NCBI GenBank assembly: GCA_965226055.1
Contig: CBDDCA010000005.1
Coordinates: 640,001-704,000, forward strand
DNA length: 64,000 nt
Direction of reading: 5' to 3'
Origin: Spirochaetia bacterium
GTDB lineage: Bacteria > Spirochaetota > Spirochaetia > WTKD01 > G963693115
Part shown: one piece after another, positions 20,961-31,430 of the stretch
Layout of the letters: the number at the start of each line of letters is the position of its first letter
How positions within the stretch are numbered: position 1 is the stretch's first letter
The notes under the pieces: model-generated
Told to the model about the DNA's origin: nothing
Databases searched by the model: none
Seen by the model: only the letters and a program-made list of their open reading frames with translations
Program-made: the position numbers and the translations under genes

Positions 20961-23543
20961 ATGAAAGATACAGCATTAGTTCCTAACCCTAATATCAATA
21001 ACCTTCCACGAAGACTGTTGATATTTCCTCTCGAAAGAAAGCCCTTGTTTCCCGGCATGATCAGTCAGCTCACAGTAGAAAAAGAAGAATATATGAAAAT
21101 CATAGATCTCTCTATGAAAAGAGAGCACTATATAGGACTACTCCTTACAAAAGAATCAGACGTAGAATCAGAAATAGAAAACAGATACCGATTTTCTAAT
21201 TTATATCGTGTAGGAACAGTGGCAAAAATACATAAAAAGATCAATCTTCCTGATGGAGGGTACAATGTATTTATCACTGTACAAGACAGATTTAAGATAG
21301 TAAACGAACAAACATTTATTCCTCCTTTACAAGCTACGGTAGAATATATACCTGACACTATAGAACATAACAAAGAGCTTACTGCATTAACACGTAGCTT
21401 AATAAGTGAAATGAAACCTATTATTGAAAATAATCCTATCTACTCTGAAGAGATACGTCTTAATATGGTAAATATTGATCATCCAGGACAAATTGCCGAT
21501 TTTATCACTTCTATCCTCGACTTAAAAAAAGAAGAGCAACAAAGGATACTAGAAACATCAAATATTCACAATCGTATTATTCAAGTCCTCACCTATATAA
21601 ACAGAGAACAAGAACTTCTTTTTCTCCAAAAGAAAATTCGTAAAAACATAACAGATAATGTAGAAAAACAACGCAAAGAACACTTTTTACGTGAAATGAT
21701 GCAAGAAATTCAAAAAGAACTGGGAGAGCCTACCGACAGTAAAAGTATCGTCATTGAAGAAATGCGTACACAACTTAAGGCACTTACTCTTCCAGAAGAA
21801 ACACGCGAACAAATTGAAAAAGAAGTTGTAAAATTTTCAAACTTAGAACCTCATCACCCAGAATATACCATGTTACATTCATATCTAGAACGCGTTCTGT
21901 CTTTGCCATGGAATGAATCGCCTCCAAGAAATGTAGAATTAGATCATACTTTGAAAATGCTTCATAAAGATCATTATGGACTTGACAAAGTCAAAAACCG
22001 TATTATTGAATTTTTAGCAATAAGCAAAATAAAAAAAGCAAAAACACGCTCAATTTTGTGTTTAGTAGGACCACCAGGAGTAGGAAAAACATCAATAGCA
22101 CGGTCTATTGCAAATAGTCTCAAAAAGAAACTCTATCATTTTTCTGTTGGAGGCATGAGAGACGAAGCAGAAATTCGAGGACATAGACGTACATATATCG
22201 GTGCTATGCCCGGAAAAATAATTCAAGGCTTACTAGAAATAAAAGAAAAAGATCCTATTTTTGTCATTGATGAAATTGATAAAATTAGTGCTACTTATAT
22301 GGGAGATCCTTCTTCTGCACTTCTTGAAATTTTAGATCCAGTACAAAATACTCATTTTAGAGATTTTTATATAGATCTCCCCTTTGATCTATCTAAAATA
22401 TTTTTTATTACTACCGCAAATACCACAAGCAGTATCCCACCTGCATTACTTGATAGAATGGAGCTTATTCATCTATCAGGGTATATAGATAGAGAAAAAA
22501 TTGAAATTGCAAAAAAATACATTATCCCTAAATCATTGCAAGATCATGGCTTACAAAAAAATACTATCTCATTTGAAAATCAAGCATTAAAACATATAGC
22601 AGAGCAATATGCAAGAGAATCAGGTATGCGAAAATTTGAACAGCAAATAAACAAGATAGTACGAAAAATAATCACACAGTATCTAAAAGAAAGAGAACAA
22701 AAACAGAGTACAAAAAAAACAGAAAAATTGACACAAGCGAAAGATGCACAAAAAAAAGACACACAAAAGAAAGACGAACAAACAAAGAGCTCACAAAAGC
22801 CTAGCAACACTGAAACTACTGAAGGTATATCAATAGATATTAAGGATGCCTATTGGCCAAAAAAAGTGCTAGGAGACTCTCTCAAAGAATATCTTGGGAT
22901 TCCTCCATTTCAAGAAAATGTTGTAAAACGTGCAAGTACTCCCGGCACCTCTATTGGGCTAGCATGGACTTCAATGGGAGGAGATGTACTAATAATAGAA
23001 GCTCAAAAATACGCAGGAAAAGGAATTGTAAAATTAACTGGTACCTTAGGAGATGTTATGAAAGAATCAGCACACATTGCTCTTTCACTCATAAAATCAA
23101 AACATACTATTGAAGACTTTTCTATTGACCCTAGTATTTTTACTACGCATGATTTTCATATTCACTTTCCCGAAGGAGCTACTCCAAAAGATGGGCCTTC
23201 TGCAGGTATCACTATAGCATCCGCACTGTTATCTCTTGTTACTAATACCACTATCATGAGTAATTATGCTATGACAGGAGAGCTTTCCTTAGTGGGCAAT
23301 GTACTTCCTATTGGAGGACTACGTGAAAAAATTGTTGCTGCAAACAGAAACAAAATTAAACATATTATCATTCCACAAAGTAATCTTAACGATTTAGAAG
23401 AAATTCCCTCTTATGTACACTCAGGAATAACCATTCATCCTGTTACTACTATTCAAGAGGTATTTGGAATTTTGTTTCCTACCATTAAAAAGCGATCTAA
23501 TATTCATACAAAAACGCTATCAAAAAAAGCTAAGAATACATAA
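20961..23543 (+). CDS. lon: ATP-dependent Lon protease
   Basis: GPPGVGKTS, HRRTYIGAMPG, DEIDK, PKDGPSAG catalytic Ser, GGLREK. Confidence 0.97.
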   Translation: MKDTALVPNPNINNLPRRLLIFPLERKPLFPGMISQLTVEKEEYMKIIDLSMKREHYIGLLLTKESDVESEIENRYRFSNLYRVGTVAKIHKKINLPDGGYNVFITVQDRFKIVNEQTFIPPLQATVEYIPDTIEHNKELTALTRSLISEMKPIIENNPIYSEEIRLNMVNIDHPGQIADFITSILDLKKEEQQRILETSNIHNRIIQVLTYINREQELLFLQKKIRKNITDNVEKQRKEHFLREMMQEIQKELGEPTDSKSIVIEEMRTQLKALTLPEETREQIEKEVVKFSNLEPHHPEYTMLHSYLERVLSLPWNESPPRNVELDHTLKMLHKDHYGLDKVKNRIIEFLAISKIKKAKTRSILCLVGPPGVGKTSIARSIANSLKKKLYHFSVGGMRDEAEIRGHRRTYIGAMPGKIIQGLLEIKEKDPIFVIDEIDKISATYMGDPSSALLEILDPVQNTHFRDFYIDLPFDLSKIFFITTANTTSSIPPALLDRMELIHLSGYIDREKIEIAKKYIIPKSLQDHGLQKNTISFENQALKHIAEQYARESGMRKFEQQINKIVRKIITQYLKEREQKQSTKKTEKLTQAKDAQKKDTQKKDEQTKSSQKPSNTETTEGISIDIKDAYWPKKVLGDSLKEYLGIPPFQENVVKRASTPGTSIGLAWTSMGGDVLIIEAQKYAGKGIVKLTGTLGDVMKESAHIALSLIKSKHTIEDFSIDPSIFTTHDFHIHFPEGATPKDGPSAGITIASALLSLVTNTTIMSNYAMTGELSLVGNVLPIGGLREKIVAANRNKIKHIIIPQSNLNDLEEIPSYVHSGITIHPVTTIQEVFGILFPTIKKRSNIHTKTLSKKAKNT

Positions 23544-23617
23544 ATGGACAATATTCATACTACTCAAAAAATAATATTGATGACTCCTACAGCTTCCTGT
23601 ATAGCATATTCACTTAT

Positions 23618-24541
23618 ATGAAAAAATTTTTTTATCATTATACATTGCTTATCCCTATACTCCTTATTGTTATTCTGTATTATGTTATACAAATGATAGA
23701 TCCAAAATTTAGAGAGTATGTAAAAAACAATACTGCTCCTTCAGAAACAGCGTCAGATTCAGTAAGTATTGCTCAGCAAACAGAAAATAAGCAACCTACA
23801 CATACTATTACAGAGCTTAAAAAAGAACTCACATATATTATACAATCGCTGCCTCACCCATTTGAAGATTCGGTATTACAAAGCATACTTGAATCGCCTA
23901 TTGAGTTTATACAAGACATACAGCTTGTATACAAACATAGCAACATTGCACAGCTTATCTTAGTGGACAAAACACATCCCTTAGATGCTACATATGCTCC
24001 TGCAGATATTGTACACTTACAGGACTATGATGATATACTTGTCCTTAATAAAGATACTCTGCAAGTGAGCAAGAGCATTATTGATGATTTACTTACCATG
24101 CATGCAGCAGCACAAAAAGATGCTGTATTACTGGATATAAGCTCTAGTTATCGGAGTTATTCCTACCAAGAAAATCTATTCAATTATTATACAAGAGAAC
24201 TTGGATTAGAAGAAGCGTCACGACAATCAGCAAAACCTGGTACCAGTCAGCATCAACTAGGAACCACTATTGATTTTGGTTGTATCTGCCCTGATTTTGC
24301 ACAGACAAAAGCAGGGCTATGGTTATCAAAAAACGCATGGAAATATGGCTTTAGCTTGTCCTATCCACCCAATATGGAACATATTACAGGATACATATAC
24401 GAAAGCTGGCATTATAGACATATAGGCATTGCAGCAAGCTCTTTTGAACATAAGTATTTTAACAACACAGGTCAACAATATATGCTAGAGTTATTAGCAA
24501 AAAAAGAAGCATTGCAAGCCCTCATCTCACAATATTTATAA
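23618..24541 (+). CDS. M15B D-alanyl-D-alanine carboxypeptidase (VanY-like)
   Basis: SSYRSY, SQHQLGTTID, YESWHYRHIG; N-terminal TM anchor. Confidence 0.9.
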   Translation: MKKFFYHYTLLIPILLIVILYYVIQMIDPKFREYVKNNTAPSETASDSVSIAQQTENKQPTHTITELKKELTYIIQSLPHPFEDSVLQSILESPIEFIQDIQLVYKHSNIAQLILVDKTHPLDATYAPADIVHLQDYDDILVLNKDTLQVSKSIIDDLLTMHAAAQKDAVLLDISSSYRSYSYQENLFNYYTRELGLEEASRQSAKPGTSQHQLGTTIDFGCICPDFAQTKAGLWLSKNAWKYGFSLSYPPNMEHITGYIYESWHYRHIGIAASSFEHKYFNNTGQQYMLELLAKKEALQALISQYL

Positions 24542-24616
24542 TACTACCAGCATTCAAAGTATTACCAGCAACAATAAAGCAACTCGTTCTCATAAATATA
24601 TTATAATAAACAAGAT

Positions 24617-25798
24617 ATGAAAAAAATACTGTATACACTTATAGTTTCTGTTATAGTATTTATAAGCTGTGAACCTGGTACAGACAGTAGCCTCTATCAA
24701 GCCCCAAAGACTGTAGATGGCTACTTTGCGTATAAAGAAAATCAAAAGTATAGCAATGTACTCATTGATTGTATTATCGTAGCACGCGGTTCTTGTTCAC
24801 TTAATACACTCCCTTTTATTGGATTAGAGAAAGCAATTCCTAGCAAAGACGATATTATGAATCGTCTCATTGTTTCTCATGCTTGGATAGGAAAACGTTT
24901 TTCAGAATTTTTAAATCATTACCCAAAAGAAGCATTTCCTCTTTTTAATACTGTTACTGCAATAGTGGTAGGCAGCAATGTACGACCATCACAGTATCTA
25001 CCACAAGGTTCTGTCATTCTCCTTGATCCAAAAGATCTATGGCTGACAAAAACAGAGTTTGACTCTATATCAAAAGAAAAAGATTATCGTACTAATCTCG
25101 GAGATGTACTGAGTTTTGATTTTTTACGTCGACCGATAAAAAATAATAAGCTCGCTTATACAGACTCTTCATTAACATACACAAAAGAGAGAACTATACA
25201 GGACATACTATTTCGTTTCAGTTATATACTATTTCATGAACTTGCACATGCCATTGATTATTTTCATCACTCTACTATATCACAGTACAAAAGAAATATT
25301 CCATTTTCATCGTTACCTGTAAGAGATAGACAGTCAAAAATACTAAACAACACAAATAAAAATTTCTCTATTAGCTCTAGGACATTAAAAATTCTTGCGG
25401 CAAAAAAATACATCTTTAGAACACAAGAACATGACACAACAACAGCAAAAGAAGCAGCTAACGAATTTTCGATGGATATAGCAACTGATCTTTATAGCTA
25501 TGTTAATAATGTTGAAGATTTCTCAATGTTGTTTACTGTGGTGGCATCAAAAAAATTCTTTAATGTCGAATACGATATCGCTTTCACCAACAATCCTGGA
25601 AGCTCTAAAAACTGTAAAGATTATATCATAGCACAAGGATGGCGAAATAGACTTGCCAACCCTGCTGTCAAAACACGAGCCTTAACAGTAGCAAAAAATG
25701 TAATGCCCTCAATAGACTGGGATGGTTTTTTTAGCACACAGATAGGCAAAGAAACAGCACTTACTCAAGGCAAAAACTGGTGTCTTAATACGCAATAA
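24617..25798 (+). CDS. Hypothetical lipoprotein with HExxH zinc-binding motif
   Basis: FISC lipobox; FHELAHAID; downstream EDF candidate third ligand. Confidence 0.75.
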   Translation: MKKILYTLIVSVIVFISCEPGTDSSLYQAPKTVDGYFAYKENQKYSNVLIDCIIVARGSCSLNTLPFIGLEKAIPSKDDIMNRLIVSHAWIGKRFSEFLNHYPKEAFPLFNTVTAIVVGSNVRPSQYLPQGSVILLDPKDLWLTKTEFDSISKEKDYRTNLGDVLSFDFLRRPIKNNKLAYTDSSLTYTKERTIQDILFRFSYILFHELAHAIDYFHHSTISQYKRNIPFSSLPVRDRQSKILNNTNKNFSISSRTLKILAAKKYIFRTQEHDTTTAKEAANEFSMDIATDLYSYVNNVEDFSMLFTVVASKKFFNVEYDIAFTNNPGSSKNCKDYIIAQGWRNRLANPAVKTRALTVAKNVMPSIDWDGFFSTQIGKETALTQGKNWCLNTQ

Positions 25799-25815
25799 AC
25801 TGCCCCCCTATTGCG

Positions 25816-26973
25816 TTATACATGCTGCTCACTTTTTGCCTTAAATTGCTTCATACATGTCACTAACGCTTCAACATCATCTATACTTACAGCATTGTAT
25901 AACGATGCCCTGCATCCTCCAACCGAACGATGCCCCTTTAGTCCATACATTTTATTTTGTTCTGCATACGCAAGAAATTGCTGTTCTAAGCTATCGTTTG
26001 GTAATGTAAAAACAACATTCATTGTAGAACGATACGGCTTTTGCACTGCACAATGATAAAATCCATCACTCTCGTCTATATACTTATACAGCATAGCAGC
26101 TTTTTCTTTGTTTCTCTTTTCTACTTCAGATATTCCTCCTAACGATACAATATGTTCTAATACAAGCGATAATATCCATATTGCACCTACTGGAGGCGTA
26201 TTGTACAAGGACCGCGACTTATAATGAGTATCATAGGACAAGTATGCAGGAAGCACTTTATGAGCACTTGCTTTGAGTACATCGTTACTTACCACTACTA
26301 CCGTAACTCCTGCCACTCCAAGATTTTTTTGAGCTCCAGCATACACTATGTCATAGCAGTTTGCATCTATATGTCTGCTGAGTATATCACTAGACATATC
26401 AGCAACAAGAGTACTGCTCTTTTGCTGTAAGGCACAGGATAAGGCTTGCTCTTCCTGCCACTGAATACCATGTATTGTTTCATTACTTGTAATATGAATA
26501 TAAGCATATGTATCATCACGTATCTGTGAAGAAAGCTGTTCAACGGTAGGCAGCTGTGTAAATCTATGTTCTTCTCCAGAATAGAGAATATCTACAGACG
26601 GGTAAACTTTCTTTGCTTCCTTATATGCTTTTTGCCCCCATGCCCCTGTTACAATATATCCTGCACTCATCAAAGCAGTTTCTGATTTCTCTGTGCTTGT
26701 ATCATTGAAGCCAGATACTATGTTGAGGGGTATCATTGAAAATTGCAGACTCGCCCCTCCCCCTAGCAATAAAACATGATGTTCATTGTCTAATCCAAGC
26801 AAAGAATGCAATAGCTCCGTTGCTTTCGTATGCACTGTTTCATACACCTTTCCTCTATGACTCATTTCTAATAAAGAGTAGCCATGCGATTCAAAATCTA
26901 CAAAATGCGTCTTTGCATACTCAAGCACCTCTGTATATACCTTTGAAGGTCCTGCAGAAAAATTATGTATCAT
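25816..26973 (-). CDS. serC: Phosphoserine aminotransferase
   Basis: HNFSAGPS, GGASLQF, NETIHG, GAQKNLG (PLP Lys), GHRSVGGCRASLYNA. Confidence 0.96.
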   Translation of the reverse strand: MIHNFSAGPSKVYTEVLEYAKTHFVDFESHGYSLLEMSHRGKVYETVHTKATELLHSLLGLDNEHHVLLLGGGASLQFSMIPLNIVSGFNDTSTEKSETALMSAGYIVTGAWGQKAYKEAKKVYPSVDILYSGEEHRFTQLPTVEQLSSQIRDDTYAYIHITSNETIHGIQWQEEQALSCALQQKSSTLVADMSSDILSRHIDANCYDIVYAGAQKNLGVAGVTVVVVSNDVLKASAHKVLPAYLSYDTHYKSRSLYNTPPVGAIWILSLVLEHIVSLGGISEVEKRNKEKAAMLYKYIDESDGFYHCAVQKPYRSTMNVVFTLPNDSLEQQFLAYAEQNKMYGLKGHRSVGGCRASLYNAVSIDDVEALVTCMKQFKAKSEQHV

Positions 26974-27071
26974 TTCATACTGTATTATAAAATATACTAA
27001 AAAAAAAGTAAAGCCATGGGGCATTCACTGTGGAAATCATTATTTGACTTAGTTTTATTACAATATTTTAA

Positions 27072-27809
27072 CTACAAATATTGCTTTAAGTCTTGTTTTA
27101 ATATATTCTTTGCCTTTTCTAATGAATCAAAAGTTAGTTCTTTAAAAGATTTATGTATAGGATTATCAATTTGTCTTTCACCTTCTAATAAAGTTATAAT
27201 ATTAATATCAACATTAAAATATGACATAATTGTATGCGTGGAGCAACTACCATAAACAATATCATTTAGATAGGAATAATCACCACCTAATTGACTTTCT
27301 AATTGTAATAAATAACAAGAAATAATTGGTAAGTGTTTATTACGTTGCATATAATTTAATAAATGAAAATCTACCAATATCCTTTTTATCATTGCATTTT
27401 CCGTATATGCTTTACACTCAATACCCATTACAAATTTATCATCAATAAATATCTGCTTATCTACTGATAGTCCATAATAATAACTCTGTATATCGCTTAG
27501 AATATATTCTTTGATTTTTGGATTTAATTTTTCTAAATATCCCCCATTTTGATTTAATGGTATCTTAAATTTATTACTATTAATTTCAATTCTTCTTTCG
27601 TCTCCTCCTAACTCTAACCATGCAACTTTAACTAAAGAATGAGTAATATATTCTTGTAATTTACCCTTGACAGACCGTAATACTCCTCCATAAGCCCTCT
27701 CTTCATCATCTGCTTGTTGATGTGCTTCATTATCAATAACTCTCACAATGTTATTATATGTTGCTATAATATCACTAATATTTGTATCATATTCTCTCAT
27801 TTGTTTCAT
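27072..27809 (-). CDS. Putative type II restriction endonuclease (PD-(D/E)xK)
   Basis: D...IECKAY catalytic-type motif; directly downstream of a methyltransferase; very AT-rich. Confidence 0.75.
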   Translation of the reverse strand: MKQMREYDTNISDIIATYNNIVRVIDNEAHQQADDEERAYGGVLRSVKGKLQEYITHSLVKVAWLELGGDERRIEINSNKFKIPLNQNGGYLEKLNPKIKEYILSDIQSYYYGLSVDKQIFIDDKFVMGIECKAYTENAMIKRILVDFHLLNYMQRNKHLPIISCYLLQLESQLGGDYSYLNDIVYGSCSTHTIMSYFNVDINIITLLEGERQIDNPIHKSFKELTFDSLEKAKNILKQDLKQYL

Positions 27810-27826
27810 ACATAGAGTTTATCACA

Positions 27827-28891
27827 TTAGAATAAAACTTGAGGTATATCTTCTACTCTTTTTTTAGCGGTAACACAGTATTCTTTTGATACATCTACAC
27901 TAATATAGTTTCTGTTTATTCGCTTACATACTGCCGCTGTCGTTCCAACTCCTCCAAACGGATCTAATATCACATCATTAGGGAATGTATATACCTTCAA
28001 TGCCTTTTCTACTAATTTTTCAGGAAACATTGCATCATGATTATACTTTTTCATATTTCTTTCAGGGGCTATTGACCATTTCCCTATTACAGCACTCTTA
28101 AATTCTTCGTCTGTTATGTCAGGTATTTCATTTCTTCTATTATTGTGTTTTATTGTTTCTTTACAATATACCTCTATAAATTCATGCGTATATTTCAAAT
28201 ACGGAGATGCAGGGCTTTTCCAACTCCCCCAAGAAGTATATCTTGCACTATAATTATTCTTTTCCCATAAAATCTCATTTCTCCATATAAATTTATGCTT
28301 CAAAAATATCTGTGAAAAAATATGATGTGAGGGTATATAGTCAGAAAAAAAAGGTTGAATATTCCAAATAACCCTACCCCCTGTTGTTAGTATCCTATAC
28401 ATCTCTTTTATAATTTTATTCATAATCTTAAAATAACTATCCCATGTATTCTCATCGCTATAATAATCTCCATAATCAATTCCAAAATTATACGGAGGAG
28501 AAGTAATAATACAATCTATACAATTATTCGGTAGAGTTTTCATATACTCTAAACAATCATCATTTATAATAACATTCAATCTTTCTTCCTCTAACTCTTG
28601 ATGACTGTAATTGATTTTTGCAATCTTTTTTTTCTTTTTTATAATCTTGTTATCAACTTTTAAATTTTCATATGTCCTATACCCACTCTTACTATTGTAT
28701 TCTCCTAGTTTTAATCTATTCAAAAAATCAATCAAATCTTGATTTTTATTTAATATATCAATTTTTACTTTCCTAATATAAAATGTATTTTCTCTAATTC
28801 CTATATTTTCTTTATCTATTGAATTTATAAAATCAATAAATGTAGGAGATAATTCTTTTATAAGAGTGTCATCTAGTATTATTTCTTTCAT
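27827..28891 (-). CDS. Site-specific DNA methyltransferase, N4C/N6A beta class
   Basis: TSPPY (motif IV) precedes DPFGGVGTT (motif I); HDAMFP. Confidence 0.93.
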   Translation of the reverse strand: MKEIILDDTLIKELSPTFIDFINSIDKENIGIRENTFYIRKVKIDILNKNQDLIDFLNRLKLGEYNSKSGYRTYENLKVDNKIIKKKKKIAKINYSHQELEEERLNVIINDDCLEYMKTLPNNCIDCIITSPPYNFGIDYGDYYSDENTWDSYFKIMNKIIKEMYRILTTGGRVIWNIQPFFSDYIPSHHIFSQIFLKHKFIWRNEILWEKNNYSARYTSWGSWKSPASPYLKYTHEFIEVYCKETIKHNNRRNEIPDITDEEFKSAVIGKWSIAPERNMKKYNHDAMFPEKLVEKALKVYTFPNDVILDPFGGVGTTAAVCKRINRNYISVDVSKEYCVTAKKRVEDIPQVLF

Positions 28892-28991
28892 TTGTACCCC
28901 TTTCTTTTTTCTTATTTATATTACTTTTCTTCGTCTTTGCTCCCTTACTTTTAGTAACCTTCCTTCAAAATTTTATCCGTGTAAGCCCTAT

Positions 28992-31421
28992 TTATTGTAC
29001 TTTCAATATATATATATTTGTAATACCTTCATGTTTACATGCTTCAAATACAACATTAGATATATTTGTACTAAACTGTATATGCTTATGTTCGTGATTT
29101 ATCACCTTAAAAAATACTTTAGTATTTATAGATATGATATTGTTTGATACAATATGTAGGATAGTATTTTTCCGTCCATGCAGATTGACTATAATTTCTA
29201 TTGTGTTGTTATGAGAGAGTACTTCAAATTCCCATTGTATATACTGTCCTTGTAAGTAATTGTAGCTATACCCATCATCCTCAAAATAGGTATTTCTTCT
29301 CTTTCCTTTTGAGGGAGGATATACAATAAATGTTCTTGATGTTCCCTGTTTATTGGTAACACTAATGCCATCATTCATTGCTAATACTGTTCCTTCACGA
29401 ACAAAAAAAGGAATAGATTCAATGTCCACTGCATATGAAATATATTGACCACCTGCGTAACAGGTATGATCATGAAATGAATACCATTGTTCTCCACTAG
29501 GCAAATATGTTGTATGCATTTTTTCTCCTTCTTTTATGACATTTGATACTAATATATGTTCTCCTACCATAAAATCTGTTGTTTCTTTGAAACAATGTGG
29601 ATCTTTTTCATAGTTGTAAAATAAGGGACGTATGATAGGTTCGTACAATGTATGGGCTTTATACAATAGATCGTATAAATATGGCATCAATGCATAGCGT
29701 AAATGAATAGCACTCCGTATTGTGTCGACTGCATGTTCATACATCCACGGAGTAGTTGTACTACCATCATTATTCCATGAGTGTATGGTAAAACGAGGAT
29801 AAAATATTCCATGTTGCACCCATCTTGTAAGCAATTCTTTACTTGGAGGATCGCCCGAGAAACCACCTACATCATGACCTATATTATACATTCCACTGAG
29901 AGATAGTCCTAATCCCATGTAGACGTTATATTCTAATGTCTTAAAACTTGTATAATTATCGCCTGTCCATGTCTGAGCATATCGTTGCAGTCCCGGACAT
30001 CCTGAACGTGAAATAAGGTAAGGTCGTGTTTTTTCATCAAACTCTTTTTGCGCTTCAAATGAAGATTTGACCATTAACAGTGTCTGCAATACTTTGGAAG
30101 TATCGTGTTTTGTCCCTTTGAATACAATACTGTTGTCCCATATTTGAAATTCATTATTATCGTTCCATGTTGCTACAATTCCATAGGAGAGCAACTGTTC
30201 GCGTACGTTGTTCTTCCACCATGCTCTTGCTTGTTCATTGGTAAAATCTATATATGATCCTTCTTCATCCCAAAATTGACTTGTTGATATTTTTCCATCC
30301 TTTGTGTGAACAAATATATCTTCACATTCATTATATCGTGGGTGAGTGGTTAAGAGACATGGTTTTATGTTTGCACAAAACCGTATATCGTTCTGTAAAA
30401 AATCTTCACATAATTTACGAGGATCAGGAAATTTTTCTTTATTCCAATGAAATACATACCGCTTATTATCAATAGAAGTATAGCCTGATGATAATTGAAA
30501 GGAATCGCAGGGGATATCATACTTTTTACAATTATCTAAAAAAGTATACAAGAGTGTTTGTGCATCAGGAGAGTCAGTAAAGTTCATGGTAGATCCAGAA
30601 TATCCTAAGCTCCACTTTGGAGGAAATATAACTTTGCCTGTAAGCCATGTAACATTCTTCACTACTTTTTGTATGCTTGCTCCCATACATACATAGTAAT
30701 CACAATACCCTCCTTCTGACTTAAAATAGGTGTACGGAACATGATAATTATCATGTTCTTGTCCAAAATTGAAGTATGAGGTTGAGAAATTATCGTAGAA
30801 AATTCCAAAAAAATACTCTATATCTCGTTTATAGGTTATGTAAAAAGGATAGTGTTTATATAAAGGGTCCGTACATGATGCATCATATCCCATAGGATCA
30901 AGATTATTCATCGTATACTTTTTTCCATATTTATTCATATGTCCTGTCTTTTCGCCACAGCCAAAATACATGTCTCCTTCTTGCCTGCATACATAATGAT
31001 ATATGTTATCATCCCAATACCCTAAGTTGTATGCTTGAGTTGGTCTATCTTGTAAGAATGTATCACCGTTATATGACCACGAAAGAATAAAATTTCTTTT
31101 TTCAATATTTATATCATAGTTTTGAGTGTGTATATAAAAGTACTGAGTATCTTCTGTAATGTCATATGTTGTAGTTAAAAGCGATGTATCTACTACAAGA
31201 CGTGCATTGCCTTCAGCACTTACATCACTATTGCCATATATTACCCACCATGTGTTCTCTAGTGTTGTTTCTTCATCTTTTTTGTAGAGTAGTACTCTGA
31301 CAATATCAGAACAGAGAAGATAGATACGTGCTATAAATACTTTATTTTCACTTTCAAATACTATTTCTCCCTGTTTTGATTGAGTGAGCGTGAAATATAC
31401 ATTCATTTCCTTGCGTTGCAT
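28992..31421 (-). CDS. Glycoside hydrolase family 31 (alpha-glucosidase/xylosidase-like)
   Basis: DPLYKHYPF, WNDNNE nucleophile, WTGDN acid/base, GHDVGGF. Confidence 0.92.
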   Translation of the reverse strand: MQRKEMNVYFTLTQSKQGEIVFESENKVFIARIYLLCSDIVRVLLYKKDEETTLENTWWVIYGNSDVSAEGNARLVVDTSLLTTTYDITEDTQYFYIHTQNYDINIEKRNFILSWSYNGDTFLQDRPTQAYNLGYWDDNIYHYVCRQEGDMYFGCGEKTGHMNKYGKKYTMNNLDPMGYDASCTDPLYKHYPFYITYKRDIEYFFGIFYDNFSTSYFNFGQEHDNYHVPYTYFKSEGGYCDYYVCMGASIQKVVKNVTWLTGKVIFPPKWSLGYSGSTMNFTDSPDAQTLLYTFLDNCKKYDIPCDSFQLSSGYTSIDNKRYVFHWNKEKFPDPRKLCEDFLQNDIRFCANIKPCLLTTHPRYNECEDIFVHTKDGKISTSQFWDEEGSYIDFTNEQARAWWKNNVREQLLSYGIVATWNDNNEFQIWDNSIVFKGTKHDTSKVLQTLLMVKSSFEAQKEFDEKTRPYLISRSGCPGLQRYAQTWTGDNYTSFKTLEYNVYMGLGLSLSGMYNIGHDVGGFSGDPPSKELLTRWVQHGIFYPRFTIHSWNNDGSTTTPWMYEHAVDTIRSAIHLRYALMPYLYDLLYKAHTLYEPIIRPLFYNYEKDPHCFKETTDFMVGEHILVSNVIKEGEKMHTTYLPSGEQWYSFHDHTCYAGGQYISYAVDIESIPFFVREGTVLAMNDGISVTNKQGTSRTFIVYPPSKGKRRNTYFEDDGYSYNYLQGQYIQWEFEVLSHNNTIEIIVNLHGRKNTILHIVSNNIISINTKVFFKVINHEHKHIQFSTNISNVVFEACKHEGITNIYILKVQ

Positions 31422-31430
31422 AAGTGCAGA

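Noticed and set aside
24542-24570. Short direct repeat TACTACCAGCA/TATTACCAGCA upstream of the HExxH lipoprotein
   Set aside because: Only two imperfect 11-mers, with no matching copy at the other end of the gene; cannot be distinguished from chance.
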